A DNA stretch of 64,000 nt, from the NCBI GenBank assembly GCA_964234715.1, contig OZ174277.1. The stretch is one strand, 5' to 3'. Under the pieces are notes generated by a model. That model did not search any database. It was not told where the DNA came from and saw only the letters and a program-made list of their open reading frames with translations. This document shows, piece after piece, positions 41,102 to 54,236 of this stretch (position 1 is the first letter of the stretch; each line of letters starts with the position of its first letter). This DNA is from Podarcis melisellensis (lineage: Eukaryota). Position numbers and translations under genes: made by a program.

Positions 41102-41236
41102 CAGGCAGGGCCAAACGTGGCCCTCCAGATGTTTTGGGACTACAATTCCCATCATCTCTGACCACTGGTCCTGTTAGCTAGCGATGGTGGGATTATAGTC
41201 CTAAAACATCTGGAAGGCCAAGTTTGGCCATGCCTG
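41102..41236. mobile_element. hAT MITE
   Basis: TIRs caggcagggccaaac / gtttggccatgcctg; 8-bp TSD atcaagag/atctagag. Confidence 0.9.
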
Positions 41237-41700
41237 ATCTAGAGGATAGACAGTTCTTATCTCATTCACTCTGGCAAGATTCCTGTTTGTGTTACATTTG
41301 ATCATAGTTACATATAAAGGCAATAAGCAAATGAAGAATGAAATGAAATCACTTGCATTCAACATGCAGGAAGTTTGAAACCAGGCGTCCCAGCAGTAAG
41401 TCCAGTACTTTGCCCACAACAATACACAGCTTGTAGGCTGTGGTACCTGACAATTTATTACCAAGCATAACCATCATTGACAGACTTCGTTCATGACACA
41501 TGAAAATGCATTTTGCCTCCTCAAAAATAGCTGCTTTCCTACAGGTATAGCAGTCATACTCCAAAATGTACTACAGATTAAGGTAAGGCTATTGAGTACA
41601 GAATTTTAGGCTAAATTATATCATGTATAAGAGCTGTCAGCAAGTCTCCTAATACTGTTTGCTGATTACTGTGCTCTAGGTTTTTAAGAAGTGCTCTTAC

Positions 41701-41804
41701 CTGGAAAGATAACTCAAGTTTCTCCTTCTGGGGAACCTGGTCCAGAATGCCATTCGTACTGCTTCTTTTCAGACTTGCAGTAACATCAGGCACATTGCTG
41801 AAAT
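41701..41804 (-). CDS. TIAM2: TIAM2 exon (PDZ-DH linker)
   Basis: catgcag|AT...CAG|gtaaga; 104 nt; (D)FSNVPDVTASLKRSSTNGILDQVPQKEKLELSFQ. Confidence 0.94.
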
Positions 41805-42386
41805 CTGCATGCAAGTGAAAAGCAAAAAAATTCAGAGGGTTCAATTATCAGCAGTAGAAAATTATTTCTTGCTTCATTCATAAAAGCTCTCTGTAGCAGG
41901 GAGAGGGGAAGGAGGAGGACTACTTTGCTACTTCTACTGTTCTCCCCCCCCCCCCCCGCCGCCTCTTTTAAAAGGCAGTTCAGCTAAAACAGCCTCTCTG
42001 AAGTAATGCACGTATTTGATCGGCTAAAATTAAGCTCTTCCTCCCCAAATTCCTAATGTAGCATCATCTGTCTACAGTGTAGCACAGTTTGTGCTGGCCG
42101 AAGGGAACAACCAATAAAAATGACTCCATGTATCAAGTGATTCTCTTGGATGAACACAACGTTCTGCAACATGACGTGGTTCATAAATACATTAGTGGAG
42201 CAAAGTGGGCAGGGGAGGGAACCACCCTGGCTTCCTTCTTAATGCAGTTTTTTCTAGAGAAACAATTTGGAAAACTGGCAATGGAGGGATGATAGAGCTG
42301 TCCTTGACCAACATCAGGCACCCTGCAGGCAATTTTAACCAAAAGAAAAGGAAGGTTCAAATCTCCCAATAAGAGCATCCAAATTT

Positions 42387-42435
42387 TGTGTGTGTGTGTG
42401 TGTGTGTGTGCGCGCGCACACACACACACACACAC
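42387..42435. repeat. Self-complementary (TG)12(CG)3(CA)9 microsatellite
   Basis: Read directly from the sequence. Confidence 0.95.
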
Positions 42436-43683
42436 CTTTTGCAAACATGGGATAAATACATCTGTCCTGTATACAACTTATTTGCCACTGCATATATTCT
42501 TATCAGGAAAAGCCTAAAATCTTTAAAAGTTGAAAATGACAAACCAAGGATGGGGAGCCCAGTTCAATATTCTTTTCTGACTCTTCACGACTCTTTCACT
42601 ATTTCCGCCAAGTATTTCCACCTCGGGCCATGAGACCAATACTAGGGTTTGACAATCAATTCCATGTTTTCTCTTTGAGAGCCCATGTGCTAAGTCTACC
42701 CCCGCCCTGAACTGGAATCTGTTACTAATTTCACTCAACAAAAATCACACTCTGGAGCATACAACACAAAAGTTTAAAATAATGCATTATTTGTTTCTGG
42801 TTATTATGCATCCCCCCCCCCAATCAATAGTTCCCTCCGCCATATTCCAAGGTACAGCATTTGGGGGTTTCGGGAACTGAGTTGATGCCATTCATCATGT
42901 TAAAATCAGTTGCACTAGGCAGGCAGCTGACTCATCTTTCAACAGGGATGGGTTGGCATAGTGCCCCACCAGCCATCTGCCATTGGCGCTGCTTTCCCAA
43001 TCACAGCATGGCTGGGAAGTGGCTGGCCAAGCCACAAGAAGCCAAATGCTAAGCCAGCTGCTGCTGCTGCTACCACCAGTGGCAGCCTTATTGGTCTAGA
43101 GCAAGCCAAATCCAAAGAAACTGCCCCACTAATATTCAGGGAGTCAAGTAAGGGGATGTCAATGCAAGGAGACCCTCAAGAAAATTGGAAAGCAAGGAAA
43201 TGGTAAAGCTGTGGCTATATATCCAACATTCCTAGGAGTTCTACTTATTAAAAATGGCTCTGTCAGTGTCAGTGGGATCCTTATCTGATCTCCAGAGATT
43301 GAAAAAAGAGGTTAATCTATCCATATTTTAGTGGGGTGCATTTGTACATATAGATCCAAAAGGGTAAGGATAATCTGCCCTCTAAATCCAATTTTAAAAT
43401 GCTATTATTATTTCTTTATTATAGCTACTTCTAAACCACACTTCCATAAAAATACAATATGAGGGTGTACAGCATATAAAAACTGCGACAACAGTAAAAA
43501 CATTAGTGACAAAATCTATACTACTGAATAGGTTAAAAGCAAATTCATAGTTCAAAGGCCTAACTAGTATAGTTATTAGCTGTAGCCTTATAATTATGTC
43601 AAAAATCAAAGGAAAACTGTGGGTTTCAGCCAGTGGTGGTAGTGGTATGCCAGCAGACAGCATTTCTGAAATTGCGGCAAGTA

Positions 43684-43879
43684 CTGTATTGGCCCAAATA
43701 TAAGCCGCACCTTTAAAATTCCGCAGGCACTCACACCCCAAAATGGCAAACATAGAAGAAAATGCTACAGCGATATCGTAAAAGCCAATTTTTGTACGGT
43801 TGTGAATTGAAACCGCACTTCGTGAAAAGTTGGAATGGGGTGCGGGGGGAGAGTGTGGCTTATATTCAGGCCAATACGG
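43684..43879. mobile_element. Tc1/mariner-superfamily (Tc2/pogo-like) MITE
   Basis: 27-bp TIRs ctgtattggcccaaatataagccgcac / gtgtggcttatattcaggccaatacgg, flanked by TA on both sides. Confidence 0.85.
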
Positions 43880-46686
43880 TAGTATGAATTTACTGCAACA
43901 AAACCAGGGGTGGAATCCAACTCAGTTTTATTTAGAGTATACCCATTGAGATAAATGAACATGACCAAGCTAATATCAGTGGGTTTCCTCTGAGCAAAAC
44001 TTAGAGCTTATCCATACTTCTTCTTGTCCCATTGCTTTGCCCCACGGAAAACTGCTTTTTAGTGCTCAATCAGAGCAAATGGCAAATTGAATACCACTCT
44101 AAGTATTTTGCCCAGAGGCACTCAGAAGCCATGGAGCATCCACAATGGCAGGCAACTTCAGTGAGTGCTTGACTGTATTCAGTCTTGTGTGACCAGTGGC
44201 TCCTTAATTACATGACTTACATAACGTTGTGTTATACAGGCAGGCAGATCTATGACTCACCGTCATTCAAAAGAAGTGATCGTGTAGCCACCAGATTACA
44301 AAGAGTACACCACGGTTTCCCAAATCATTCCCTTACAGTTGGTTATTCAATTAAAGGCAAACAGACTGTGCACAGATGCGATAGTCACAGAAGGAACCAA
44401 ATATTTGTCAACCATAAGGGAATGCAGGTATTTGCACTTTCAGAGAGGTAGAGGCCACAGAATAAAAGCTGACAATGGGGCATAATCAAAATTATCAGAT
44501 GCAAAGACCATGCATGTGCTGCAGAGGTTTTTGGTGCTAACATATTGAAGGCTAGGAAAATGATGGGGGGGGCCTTCAAAAAACCCCAAAACCCTCTCTT
44601 TCATTAAGAAAGTCTTTCTACCATGTAAGAAAAGAGAGCAGATACAGCCTTCACATGTTGCCTCTTAGCCCACTTGATTAATGAAGCCTTAATTACATTC
44701 TAATCAGCACTTCTCTTGCCATCTCATCCTTCTCTCTGCAAATAAGGGGAAATTACAGTGAGGAGTAAGGAGGAATAGAGAACTTGCTCTTAAATATCTT
44801 GGTGCTAGGAATGCTTCCTACCATTCATAGCTCTATTCTGAACAAGTGACTTATTGCTCATCAGGAGGGAAAAATCAAGTGTTATCAAATGTCAAGAGCA
44901 TGGGTAGGTGGGAAAGACTCTTCCAAGCCAGAAAAAGGAGGTGCGCTTTACCTTCTAGTCTTCTGACAGTAATAGAGGGAAGGGGATGGAGAACTAAAAA
45001 TAAAAGCAGATGGCACAGCGAAAATTAGATGTACCCAACCTCTCACAAAGTAGAAAAGCTGTATAGGCAATTTGTTCAGTTTTCTAGGTCATGCCTGTGA
45101 GAGTTTCAGAGCACAGACTGTCTAATGGGATATGTGTTTAACTCAGGCAATATATTTGTTCAACAAGGATGGAATACCTTGTGGGGAAAAGCTGTTAATA
45201 TGAGAAGGAGTAGAAATGTGAATGGTCCATAGCAAAATAAGATATTTAGTTATGCTGAGTCACTGCTCTTCCACAATCAGTTTGAAACTGAATACAAACA
45301 TCAGTTCTACACAGTATTTAATATAGCGAAGCAATGATTCTTCAACATCAACTTCATTGGACTGGTCATGTTGTTTAGATGCCTAATTATTGTCTTCTAA
45401 AGCAACTACTCTATTCCCAACTTAAGAATGGAAAGTGTAATGCCGGTGGACAACAAAAGAGGTTTAAATATGTTCTCAAGGAAAATACAGCTTGAATGTT
45501 CTTGAACCTAATTAGCTTTATCAGTCTTTCCAGAACGTACAGAACATGAACTTACTCTTGTAGGGAGAGGTCATGCCATAAAAAAGCCACCAAAACAACA
45601 ACACTGTGTAACAAAAGCTATAGTAAAAATGATATAAAGCAACAGCTGACAAAAGGATGCTTGCAGTAATCGCTTTTGCTCCCAAATTAAAATACTGGGA
45701 AAATCTCAAAATACTCTCTCAAGATACTTCATATTTTGAAGGAAAGATGAAAAGCTTAGGGAGAAAAATATAATCACATGCACTGGTGTTTTCATGAATG
45801 GGGTCAGATTTATTTACATCAGAAGTTTCTCATATTCTTCTACATGTTTTGATCAGGCAAGCTGCCGAAAGGCTTCTGTTTAAGCAGTTCAGGAATGGAG
45901 CCAAACCTCAAGGAGGTACAAAACCTTGGTGGTCCTGGTATTTAGTAATGACTGGAAAAATGCTGAAGGGAGCGGCAAATGAAATACTATATTGCATCCT
46001 GAAGAATGAAAACAGCTGTTGAATGAACTACAAACAATTCTCCCTTTGCAAACAACAATCCCAAGGTTAATGGTCAGCCCAGAAGATAAAAATAATGCTA
46101 TTCTGTTTTCAACAGAACAGAATAAGCACATTTCCAGCTTTCACAAATCACTTGTTGAAAACACTATGCATTGTTAATTATCAGCTTATTACATTAATTA
46201 CTTGCTCAGCACTTTTTATTAAAATAAGCTATTAGGAGTATTTAACAGTAAACACTGTATGCTTCAGAATCAAGTTGAAACAAATACTTGTGACCAATCA
46301 GCTGATTAATCACTTAGCTGATTAATGTGGGAGAAATCTCAATGATAGTGTTTGCCCAAGTAATCTCAATGGGTAAATGAAAACAGAATCATAGCTCTCA
46401 AATTCCTGAGTCTATCCTCTTGGAATTTTGAAGGTTTCTTACCTAGAGATAGCTCTGTGATATATGCCTCTTCATACAAATTCTCAAAAAATGGGGTGGG
46501 GAACATTAATCCCTTATTAACCCCCACGTTTTAAAGGCATCCCCCCTTTCACAATACACACAAAATTTTAGCAATGCTTAATCTTCTTAGGAAACTACAA
46601 TGGCCTGCAATTTTTGTAAATTTCTGTCAAAAAATTAAAGGTTATGGGTACACACTGTAAAAATATAAAGGTGCCTATCACAGATT

Positions 46687-47192
46687 TGTCACCTCATTGT
46701 TGGAAACTAGGCCTCAAAATTTAAGGCGTTGATCCCTGCACCTTCCTATTGAAGAGCAGGGTGGACACAGCTATTTGCATGGCAAGTGGCCGGAGTCACA
46801 AGTAAATGGGCACTCCTTCAAGTGGGTTGCCTCTGTGAAGTTTGTTCACACTGGTGCTGGCATCTCTGTGTTGACTGGGGTGGAGCCAGAGCTGGCGAGC
46901 ATCAAGCTTACTCTCAGTCATTTCCCCAGAATAGCAGGCTCCTCACAGACAGGAGGAGGTGCCAGAAGGGGGACATTCCTCTGACAACCTGCTCAGTCTT
47001 CTCCTCTGAATCCAGATCTACACCCCCCCCCCCCCGCAAGATCCATTCTGGCTCAGGAACTTAGTGGCATCCTGATCCACCTCCCCCATCCTGTTAGAGC
47101 CCTCCCCAGGATCCTTCAGTTGCCCAAGCTGTTTCCATTCCTCCTCAGGATCTGACCATCCCTTCCATGATTCCTCCATGAGTGTCATGACG
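46687..47192 (-). mobile_element. Possible decayed solo LTR (Gypsy-like)
   Basis: About 500-bp GC-richer island bounded by TGTCA...TCATGAC(G), purine-rich on -; no TSD seen. Confidence 0.35.
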
Positions 47193-47306
47193 TGAGGGAT
47201 GAGAATTGTAGTGCATGCTCAGTACATCTTTGTGCATAATTAGGAAGAGATGAGTAAGATTTGATTTGCAATTCCAGTCAGCCTCTCCCCCCACCACACA
47301 CACACA

Positions 47307-47548
47307 CAGTGGTACCTCGGGTTACATACACTTCAGGTTACATACACTTCAGGTTACAGACTCTGCTAACCTAGAAATATTACTTCGGGTTAAGAACTTT
47401 GCTTCGGGATGAGAACAGAAATCGTGTAGCGGCGGTGCAGCAGCGGCAGGAGGCCCCATTAGCTAAAGTGGTGCTTCAGGTTAAGAACAGTTTCAGGTTA
47501 AGAACGGACCTCCAGAACAAATTAAGTTCTTAACCCAAGGTACCACTG
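47307..47548. mobile_element. Tigger/pogo-like MITE
   Basis: TIRs cagtggtacctcgggtta / taacccaaggtaccactg; TA on the right, left TA merged into a (CA)n run. Confidence 0.9.
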
Positions 47549-48699
47549 TATATATATGACATCAAGACAAAAGGCTTAAGTTTGTGGTAAAAGTTAGACT
47601 TTTACTCAAAGCTGTGGAAAATTAAAGTTCAAAAAAAAACACCTCCATACCTTTTATTGTCAAGTGGCCATGTGGGGGTTTACTTTAATAGCCTTCTTAT
47701 GTAACCAAAGAATGATTCATAAAGAAAATGAAATTCACAACCTGACAGATGGTAGCAAAGACATGGGTAACTGTGAATCTAAAATGCTTAAGCTTCAGAC
47801 ATAGTTTGCAACCATTAGAAGAAATGCTAGCTTTCAGCTTATCCAAAGAGCCACCTCATTTTCTCTCTCTCCACCCCCACCCAGTCCCTGTTGTCTTAGT
47901 TCTCTCATTACAGATCACCACAAGATTCCGAAACAAAAAAAGAAAGAAAACCCTAACTAGATATAGATGACCATCTTAGCACACCTGGTGCCTTGAGAAA
48001 ATCCTCTATTACTACCGATAGAAATGACTAGTCCAGGTTCCCCACACATATAAGGCTTTGACCATTGTTAACATTTCCAGTTAATCTAGGGAACTCCTTC
48101 CTAAAAGCAGAACAGGAAACAAGTGTCATGAAGAGGGCTTTAGAGTGCTGCACTGTGTAAAGAACTGATATCCCCTTATTGCAGAACACATTCAGCTGAA
48201 ATTTACATTGCCCAGTATTAAACTTAGCTTTACTCAGAGCAGACACACTGAGAGCAATGAACATGACTAAGGTGCGTTGGTTAATTTCAACAGATCTCGG
48301 ATATTGCTCTAATTAAAAACAACAACAAATGAATTATCAGGATTCCACAGAGAAGGGCTGGTGCTTCCATGCTATGCTTTTGAACTTCTTGGAAGTACCC
48401 GACTGGCCGTCATTGGAAACAAAATGCTGGACTAGGTGGGCCTTTTGACCTAAGGGAATCACTGCAGCCATTCTGTATGTCAGAGTTGGAGAAACCTGTG
48501 GCCTTCCAGCTGTGGCTGGACTCCAACTCCATTTAAACCAGCCAGCATGGTAGATAGGGGTGATGGGAGTTGTAGTCAAGCAACATCTAGAGGCCAGAGG
48601 TTCACCTGTACTTAAACCAGAGCTGGAAGTAGAAGACCTAGATCTATATAAATCAGGACTAGTGATTTTCCACAACCTCATGCAGACACAACTAAGATG

Positions 48700-49030
48700 A
48701 CAAAGGTAAAGGTACCCCTGACTGTTAGGTCCAGTTGTGAACAACTCTGGGGTTGCACACTCATCTCGCTCTATAAGCTGAGGGAGCCAGCGTTTGTCCG
48801 CAGACAGCTTCTGGGTCATGTGGCCAGAATGACTAAGCAGCACATGGAAACACCGTTTACCTTCCTGCCGGAAGTATTTACTTGCACTTGACATGCTTTT
48901 GAACTGCTAGGTGGGCAGGAGCTGGGACCGAACAATGGGAGCTCACCCCATTGCGGGGATTCGAACTGCCGACCTTCCAATTGGCAAGCCCTAGGCTCTG
49001 TGGTTTAGACCACAGTGCCACCCGTGTCCC
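48700..49030 (-). mobile_element. Sauria SINE, near full length
   Basis: Minus 5' GGGACACGGGTGGCACTGTGGTCTAAACC...GGCAGTTCGAATCCCC (A/B boxes); 3' (ACCTTT)n tail; 10-bp TSD aactaagatg at 48690-48699 and 49031-49040. Confidence 0.93.
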
Positions 49031-50309
49031 AACTAAGATGGTAGGCCACTGCAAATGAAGTCAGGGCATAAAATGTGAGAGAACATGGGCAGAAAAGGGT
49101 AAACTCATTAAACGGATGCATTCAGTCAAAGCTGTGCTGCCTGTACTGGTTTCTATAACAAGCCATTTGAAAATGCATAAACTAAATGCCGGCACACTAT
49201 AATCCGATAAATGTGACAGACTCTCTCACAGAGATTAATTTAGAATAATTATCCCTGCCCCCAACTCATTGTAAAAAAGTCTGCCTTGGTTGCTGTCTGA
49301 ATCAGACAGTCAAAGCCAAAATACCTTTTATCCTTTGGTGTCTGGGAACAACATACATTTCTAACAATTTCCTATTATAATATATGGAGATTAACACAAG
49401 TTGCAAACGTGTCCCTAAGGAACAATGAATCCGGTAAATGGGCACATACACTTACTATGGCGAATGCACTAGGTAATGCTGGCTTATGATATCAAGCTAA
49501 CAATCTGAGTGATAGTCCTAATAAAACGAAGAATAATTAATTAGCACCATAATTTTTGTTTTATGACATGAGCTTTTATATGCCAACAGTCAATTTAATA
49601 GTATTTAAAATTGGACTACGACCCATGAGGAAGATGCTTCTTACTGTGCCACAATTCTTGCCATCATTTTTTACTTTAAGTATGACCTAATAAAGCTGCT
49701 ATTTTATAATTAAATCAACCCTAGAAAATTCTCCTTAGTGACCTTTCAATTTTTAGAGGTATGAAAAAATCAGATCAAAAGCCCTTGATACATTGAATCA
49801 ACCACATTAATCACTTACCCAAGAACAACACACTTCAGTTACACTATCAGCCAAAGTTTAATAGCAACCTCTACTGTAGGCAAGTTGCTGATGCAGAAAA
49901 TAAACCACATCTCTGGTCAGTGTAGACACTGCGTAGCTAATACAAGTTAGCTCACTTTTTATTTCTACAGAAGAACATAAAAAGCAGCCATGGATTCAGT
50001 GAGTTTGATCAAAGGAACGGTGGCCTATTTTTACTGCTCAAAAATCACCATCTCAATATGCCTTTTTACCCATAGAGAAAAAAAAGTATGTATATGGATC
50101 ATTTCCTCAATGAATGGAAAAGCAACTTGGGGAGACATTTTGGGGTAAAAATTAAAATATGGCAGGATATGAAATGATTAAGCAGTCTCTTAGATACCAT
50201 TTCTATGGTCAATTTCCTAGTCCCCTGGGGTGGCTTTTTATAAAAAGAAAATGTTGGGCAATGGTCATCTGCATCCTTGAGTACTGAACATGCTCCCATA
50301 GTTTCTCCC

Positions 50310-50490
50310 ATAAGGAAGCTGCCTTACGCAGAGCCAGACAACTGGCCCATATAGCTCAGCACATTGACCTTCAACAGCTCCTTCAGGGTTTGGGGCAGCG
50401 GTCTCTCCCAACCCTATCTGGAGATACCAGGAACTGAACCTGAGACCTTCTGCATCCAAAACAGATGCCCTGTCCCTGAGCTACACTCCT
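50310..50490 (-). mobile_element. tRNA-derived SINE (Squam2-like); related copy at about 61810-61966
   Basis: Minus 5' gtagctcag...gcagaaggtctcaggttcagttcctggtatctccag tRNA-like head; 3' 'aaggcagcttcctta' tail shared by both copies. Confidence 0.7.
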
Positions 50491-50859
50491 TCCTGAGCTA
50501 CAACTCTTCCATAGTGATTTAGTGTCCCGGAAAGAAATTCTGCTGATCTCACCAAATCAAAGTCCCTTATGCTGAACACAGCTTATTTGCAATAATTTGT
50601 TAACATTTCTCCTAAAAACTGTACGGAAACAAGCAGCTACCACCATCTCCCCTTTACTGCTTCTGCTTCTTTTGCTGCTTCTTTTAAGTGGCTTTCTAGC
50701 CCTCCAGACTAGCCCTCCAAATGTGTTTTAAAGACACATTAAAAAATATATCAGCTACGTTTAGATATTTAAAAAGAAGCCCTGCACTTCTCTCTTGTAT
50801 AGTCTGCCTCCCCCCCCCCCCAGGCTTCCAGGGCAGCTTCTTCCCCTGGCAGAAAAATT

Positions 50860-50990
50860 GCTGCTATGAACCCCAACCAGACTGATGTCACTCCTTGCCA
50901 CAGAGGACTCTTGGGCCTCCAGAAAGAAAGATGCATCCAGGGGTACCCCCAAGCTACGCACTAGCTCTTTCAGAGAGAGTGCAACCTAGA
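50860..50990 (-). mobile_element. L2 LINE RT fragment
   Basis: VALSLKELVRSLGVPLDASFFLEAQESSVARS resembles the L2 'VRSLGVLLDPSL..EAQV.SVARSA' motif. Confidence 0.7.
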
Positions 50991-51321
50991 ACATGTAACT
51001 TGCCTATCTCCCAGACATGGGAAGCACCCAAGTCTGTTCTAATAGCAGCAGATTAGACTCTGAAAAACATGTCCTCTCAGATCAGCTGATCATATAAACC
51101 ACTCATTCCTTTTTCGATGCCTTGTTTCTGTCTTTTTCTCTTTCTTCTTTTTTTAAAGGCTAACGTCATTTAGATGACATTAAAATAATTGCATTTGCCC
51201 TTTAGGTACATAGAGGACTTTAAAAAGAAGACACCATTCTGATATTATCTAGAAGCAATCAGCTATGACAAAATGAAAAAGGAAGGAAGGAAGGAAGCAT
51301 CCATCATGAGCAGTATCTCAC

Positions 51322-51582
51322 CATTTGCTGTATTCTTTTTGAAGTTATCCAGAAATTCCTCCAGGAGTTGTGACTGGTTAGGAGGGGGTAGAGAGTTTCT
51401 TGCTTCCCTGGAAATGTCACCATCTGACCACGAAGTGCATAATGCACTTTTATTGCGGCCAAGATTCGTAGTCAAAGTCAGCTTCACACTTTTCTCAGAG
51501 AACAATAACTCCATCTGTCTGAGGTCAAGATCACACACCGATTCTCCATTTATAGTCAAGATTTCATTGCCCACACGTAACC
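51322..51582 (-). CDS. TIAM2: TIAM2 exon (second half of PDZ and linker)
   Basis: ctcccag|GG...G|gtgaga; 261 nt; (G)LRVGNEILTINGESVCDLDLRQMELLFSEKSVKLTL...LPPPNQSQLLEEFLDNFKKNTAN. Confidence 0.96.
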
Positions 51583-51856
51583 CTGGGAGCATGAGGAAGA
51601 GAAAGTAAAAGAAGATTAAGCATACTGGAGCAGTCAGAAATATTCAGCTAACCGCATAGCACCTTAATTGTTCAAACCAGTACCCTGGTCTTCATATTAT
51701 TATATATTAGGCCATGATACACACTTTGATGAAATGAACATGTCTAACCATTATTTTCTCAAGGTTGATATTTGCTTTTTTGTGCAAAAGGGCACTCAAT
51801 CCCATATATACCTCATTAGAAAAGCCTACACACATATGTGACAAAGCTGCACAAAC

Positions 51857-51949
51857 CTTCTCCGTAAGCCATCCCATCAGGGAGAACATCACTTATGAAG
51901 ATATGGGTGAGATGCTGGTGTTCATCCACTTGTGCAGTGACCGCAAATC
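51857..51949 (-). CDS. TIAM2: TIAM2 exon (PDZ)
   Basis: actccag|GA...G|gtttgt; 93 nt; (G)FAVTAQVDEHQHLTHIFISDVLPDGMAYGE. Confidence 0.95.
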
Positions 51950-52239
51950 CTGGAGTTAAAAAAGAGTAGTGCTGTTTTAAATTAGTTTTAAAACAATTCT
52001 AAAAATCAGATTATCAGATAGTGAGTTGAAATACTCTCATAATTGAAACTAATCCTCTTTTATATTACGACAAAGGTGTAATTGCTGTATTTTGAGTCTG
52101 TCCTTCTTTGAGATTTTTAGCTGTGATTTCATCATTGTAGGTTTTTTTTTTGTAAATCACTTAATAGGTTTTTTTAAAATGTTAAGTGGCATATAAATTG
52201 TATTAAATGAATAAATACGTGTTTGTTTATTCATTCCTT

Positions 52240-52612
52240 TACTATTACATTTGTATCTTACCTTTCGTTCAAGGAGCTCAAGGTGGCAAGCATGGTTCAT
52301 TCCCCCCTTTCCATTTTATCCTCTCAACAATCCAGTGAGTTAGGTTAGGCCAGGCATAGGCATAGGCATAGGCAAACTCGGCCCTCCAGATGTTTTGGAC
52401 TACAACTCCCATCATCCCTAGCTAATAGGACCAGTGGAATGATGGGAATTGTAGTCCCAAAAATCTGGCGGGCCAAGTTTGCCTATGCCTGGGTTAGGCT
52501 AAGAGACTATGACTGACTCCAAGGTCACCCAGAGAGCTTCATGGCCGAGTGGGGAATGGATACCTAGCATCTGAGGTCCTGTGGCCAACACTCTAATCAC
52601 TACACCACACTG
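52240..52612 (-). mobile_element. Old CORE-type tRNA SINE interrupted by a hAT MITE
   Basis: Minus 5' cagtgtggtgtagtgattagagtgttgg..., core 'tgggtgaccttgg'; the two halves rejoin at the duplicated ggttaggc. Confidence 0.75.
52351..52491. mobile_element. hAT MITE nested in a SINE
   Basis: TIRs caggcataggc..aaac / gtttgcctatgcctg; perfect 8-bp TSD ggttaggc (52343-52350, 52492-52499). Confidence 0.92.
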
Positions 52613-52769
52613 ATGCTACATCTTATTACTATTTTGCATAACATGAGACATGAAAGCAAAATTGTGTTTACTGGATAGATACAGAATTTTAATTTTTTTT
52701 AATACTGTACTATGTAGCAAGAAGGGCTGGTGTCTTCAGAAGTCCCATCCTCCCTACCAAATGACTTCT

Positions 52770-53096
52770 GAGAGCCAGTGTGGTGTAGTGGTTAAGAGCG
52801 GTAGTCTCGTAATCTGGTGAACCGAGTTCGATTCCCCGCTCCTCCACATTCAGCTGCTGGGTGACCTTGGGCCAGTCAACACTTCTCTGAAGTCTCTCAG
52901 CTCCACTCACCTCACAGAGTGTTTGTTGTGGGGGAGGAAGGGAAAGGAGAATGTTAGCCGCTTTGAGACTCCTTAAAGGGAGTGAAAGGCGAGATATCAA
53001 ATCCAAACTACTCCTCCTCCTCCTCCTCCTCCTCCTCCTCTTCTTCTTCTTCTTCTTCTTCTTCTTCTTCATCTTCATCTTCTTCATCTTCTTCTT
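52770..53096 (+). mobile_element. Young tRNA-derived CORE-type SINE (Squam3-like) with compound (CTC)n(CTT)n(CATCTT)n tail
   Basis: A box tggtgtagtgg; B box gagttcgattcc; core tgggtgaccttgggccagtca; microsatellite tail at 53009-53096. Confidence 0.88.
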
Positions 53097-53738
53097 CGTT
53101 CCCCTGCCCCACACACATATACTGGCACTCAAAAGTCTCACATTTTGTTTCATTTTTGCAGTTGTCCTCCTAAAACGGAAGTTCTGGAGCTACAGAATGG
53201 CTCTGGACACCCTGGAGCCACAATTTCCTTCTAGTACAATCAAGGTCAACTAAACAAAAGACTAGCAACTAAGACAGTGCACACATTAGGAATGCCATGT
53301 TGGAAGCAACTTCAAATCTTTTCACATGGCAGCTGTTTCCACACAGCAGGCCATTAGTATGAACCAACTCATCAAGAAGATCTGCCTATTTTTCCGACAC
53401 CACCAGAGGATAAAAAAAGAATTCAATCTTAACTTGGAAAAAAGGGGTAAATGGCGTTGGTGTAATTTGGGAATATGTTCTCCCACATCTGATTTCTGTT
53501 CAAGGTTAGGACACCAGCTGTGATGGGCTTCTTGAAGCAGCTAAAGGCTACAGGCCTCTGGCATGACTCATCCACACCTACCCTTTCTCCAAAGAATGTA
53601 TGTACATGCATTGGCAGGTATAAATCTCTGTTACTGAATCTCTTCAGTTTAACGTCTATGACAAGGTTACTATACTTAGTAGTATAGTTTATGATGCACT
53701 GGCATCTCTTAAATTTATATTTTGGAAACTGTACTCAC

Positions 53739-53817
53739 CAAAATCAGTTATACCCTCATTCTTGGTCAGATGCACATGATAGATACATAAAGGAAAGATT
53801 TCTATTTCATCATATAT
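53739..53817 (-). CDS. TIAM2: TIAM2 exon (RBD end / PDZ start)
   Basis: cctacag|ATA...G|gtgagt; 79 nt; IYDEIEIFPLCIYHVHLTKNEGITDF. Confidence 0.94.
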
Positions 53818-54100
53818 CTGTAGGAGAGAAAATATAATCTTAACTTTTTAACTGTAGAGAAATACATCCCAAAGATGTACTTAGAAGAAACTCCCAACCT
53901 AATCACCATTGGACTAATTTTGTTTCAGCTCTGGGTCACAGTTTCTAGGTAGAGAGATGCCAGTTATTTGATTTACTATATTTTAAACATGCAGGACCCT
54001 CAGGTGTCACACTCGTTTGTGCTCATTGTACACCAACTTAGAGGTGGGGGATGCAAAGTGTTGTGAAAGTTAACTTGTGCCAACTATTTATCATTTAGAT

Positions 54101-54236
54101 CAGTGTTTCCCAACCTTGTGCCTCCAGATGTTTTTGGCCTACAACTCCCATCATCCCTAGCTAGCAAGACCAGTGGTCAGGGATGATGGGAATTGTAGTT
54201 CAAAAACAGCTGGAGGCACAAGGTTGGGAAACACTG
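54101..54236. mobile_element. hAT MITE
   Basis: Long TIRs cagtgtttcccaaccttgtgcctccag / ctggaggcacaaggttgggaaacactg; perfect 8-bp TSD atttagat. Confidence 0.93.

Noticed and set aside
48337-48894. 185-aa minus ORF
   Set aside because: Composite of Sauria SINE, MITE and CR1 fragments
52770-52845. tRNA-like sequence with A and B boxes
   Set aside because: Head of a SINE that continues into core and tail; not a tRNA gene
52710-53253. Poly-K/R, poly-S and poly-L/F ORFs
   Set aside because: Translations of the SINE microsatellite tail
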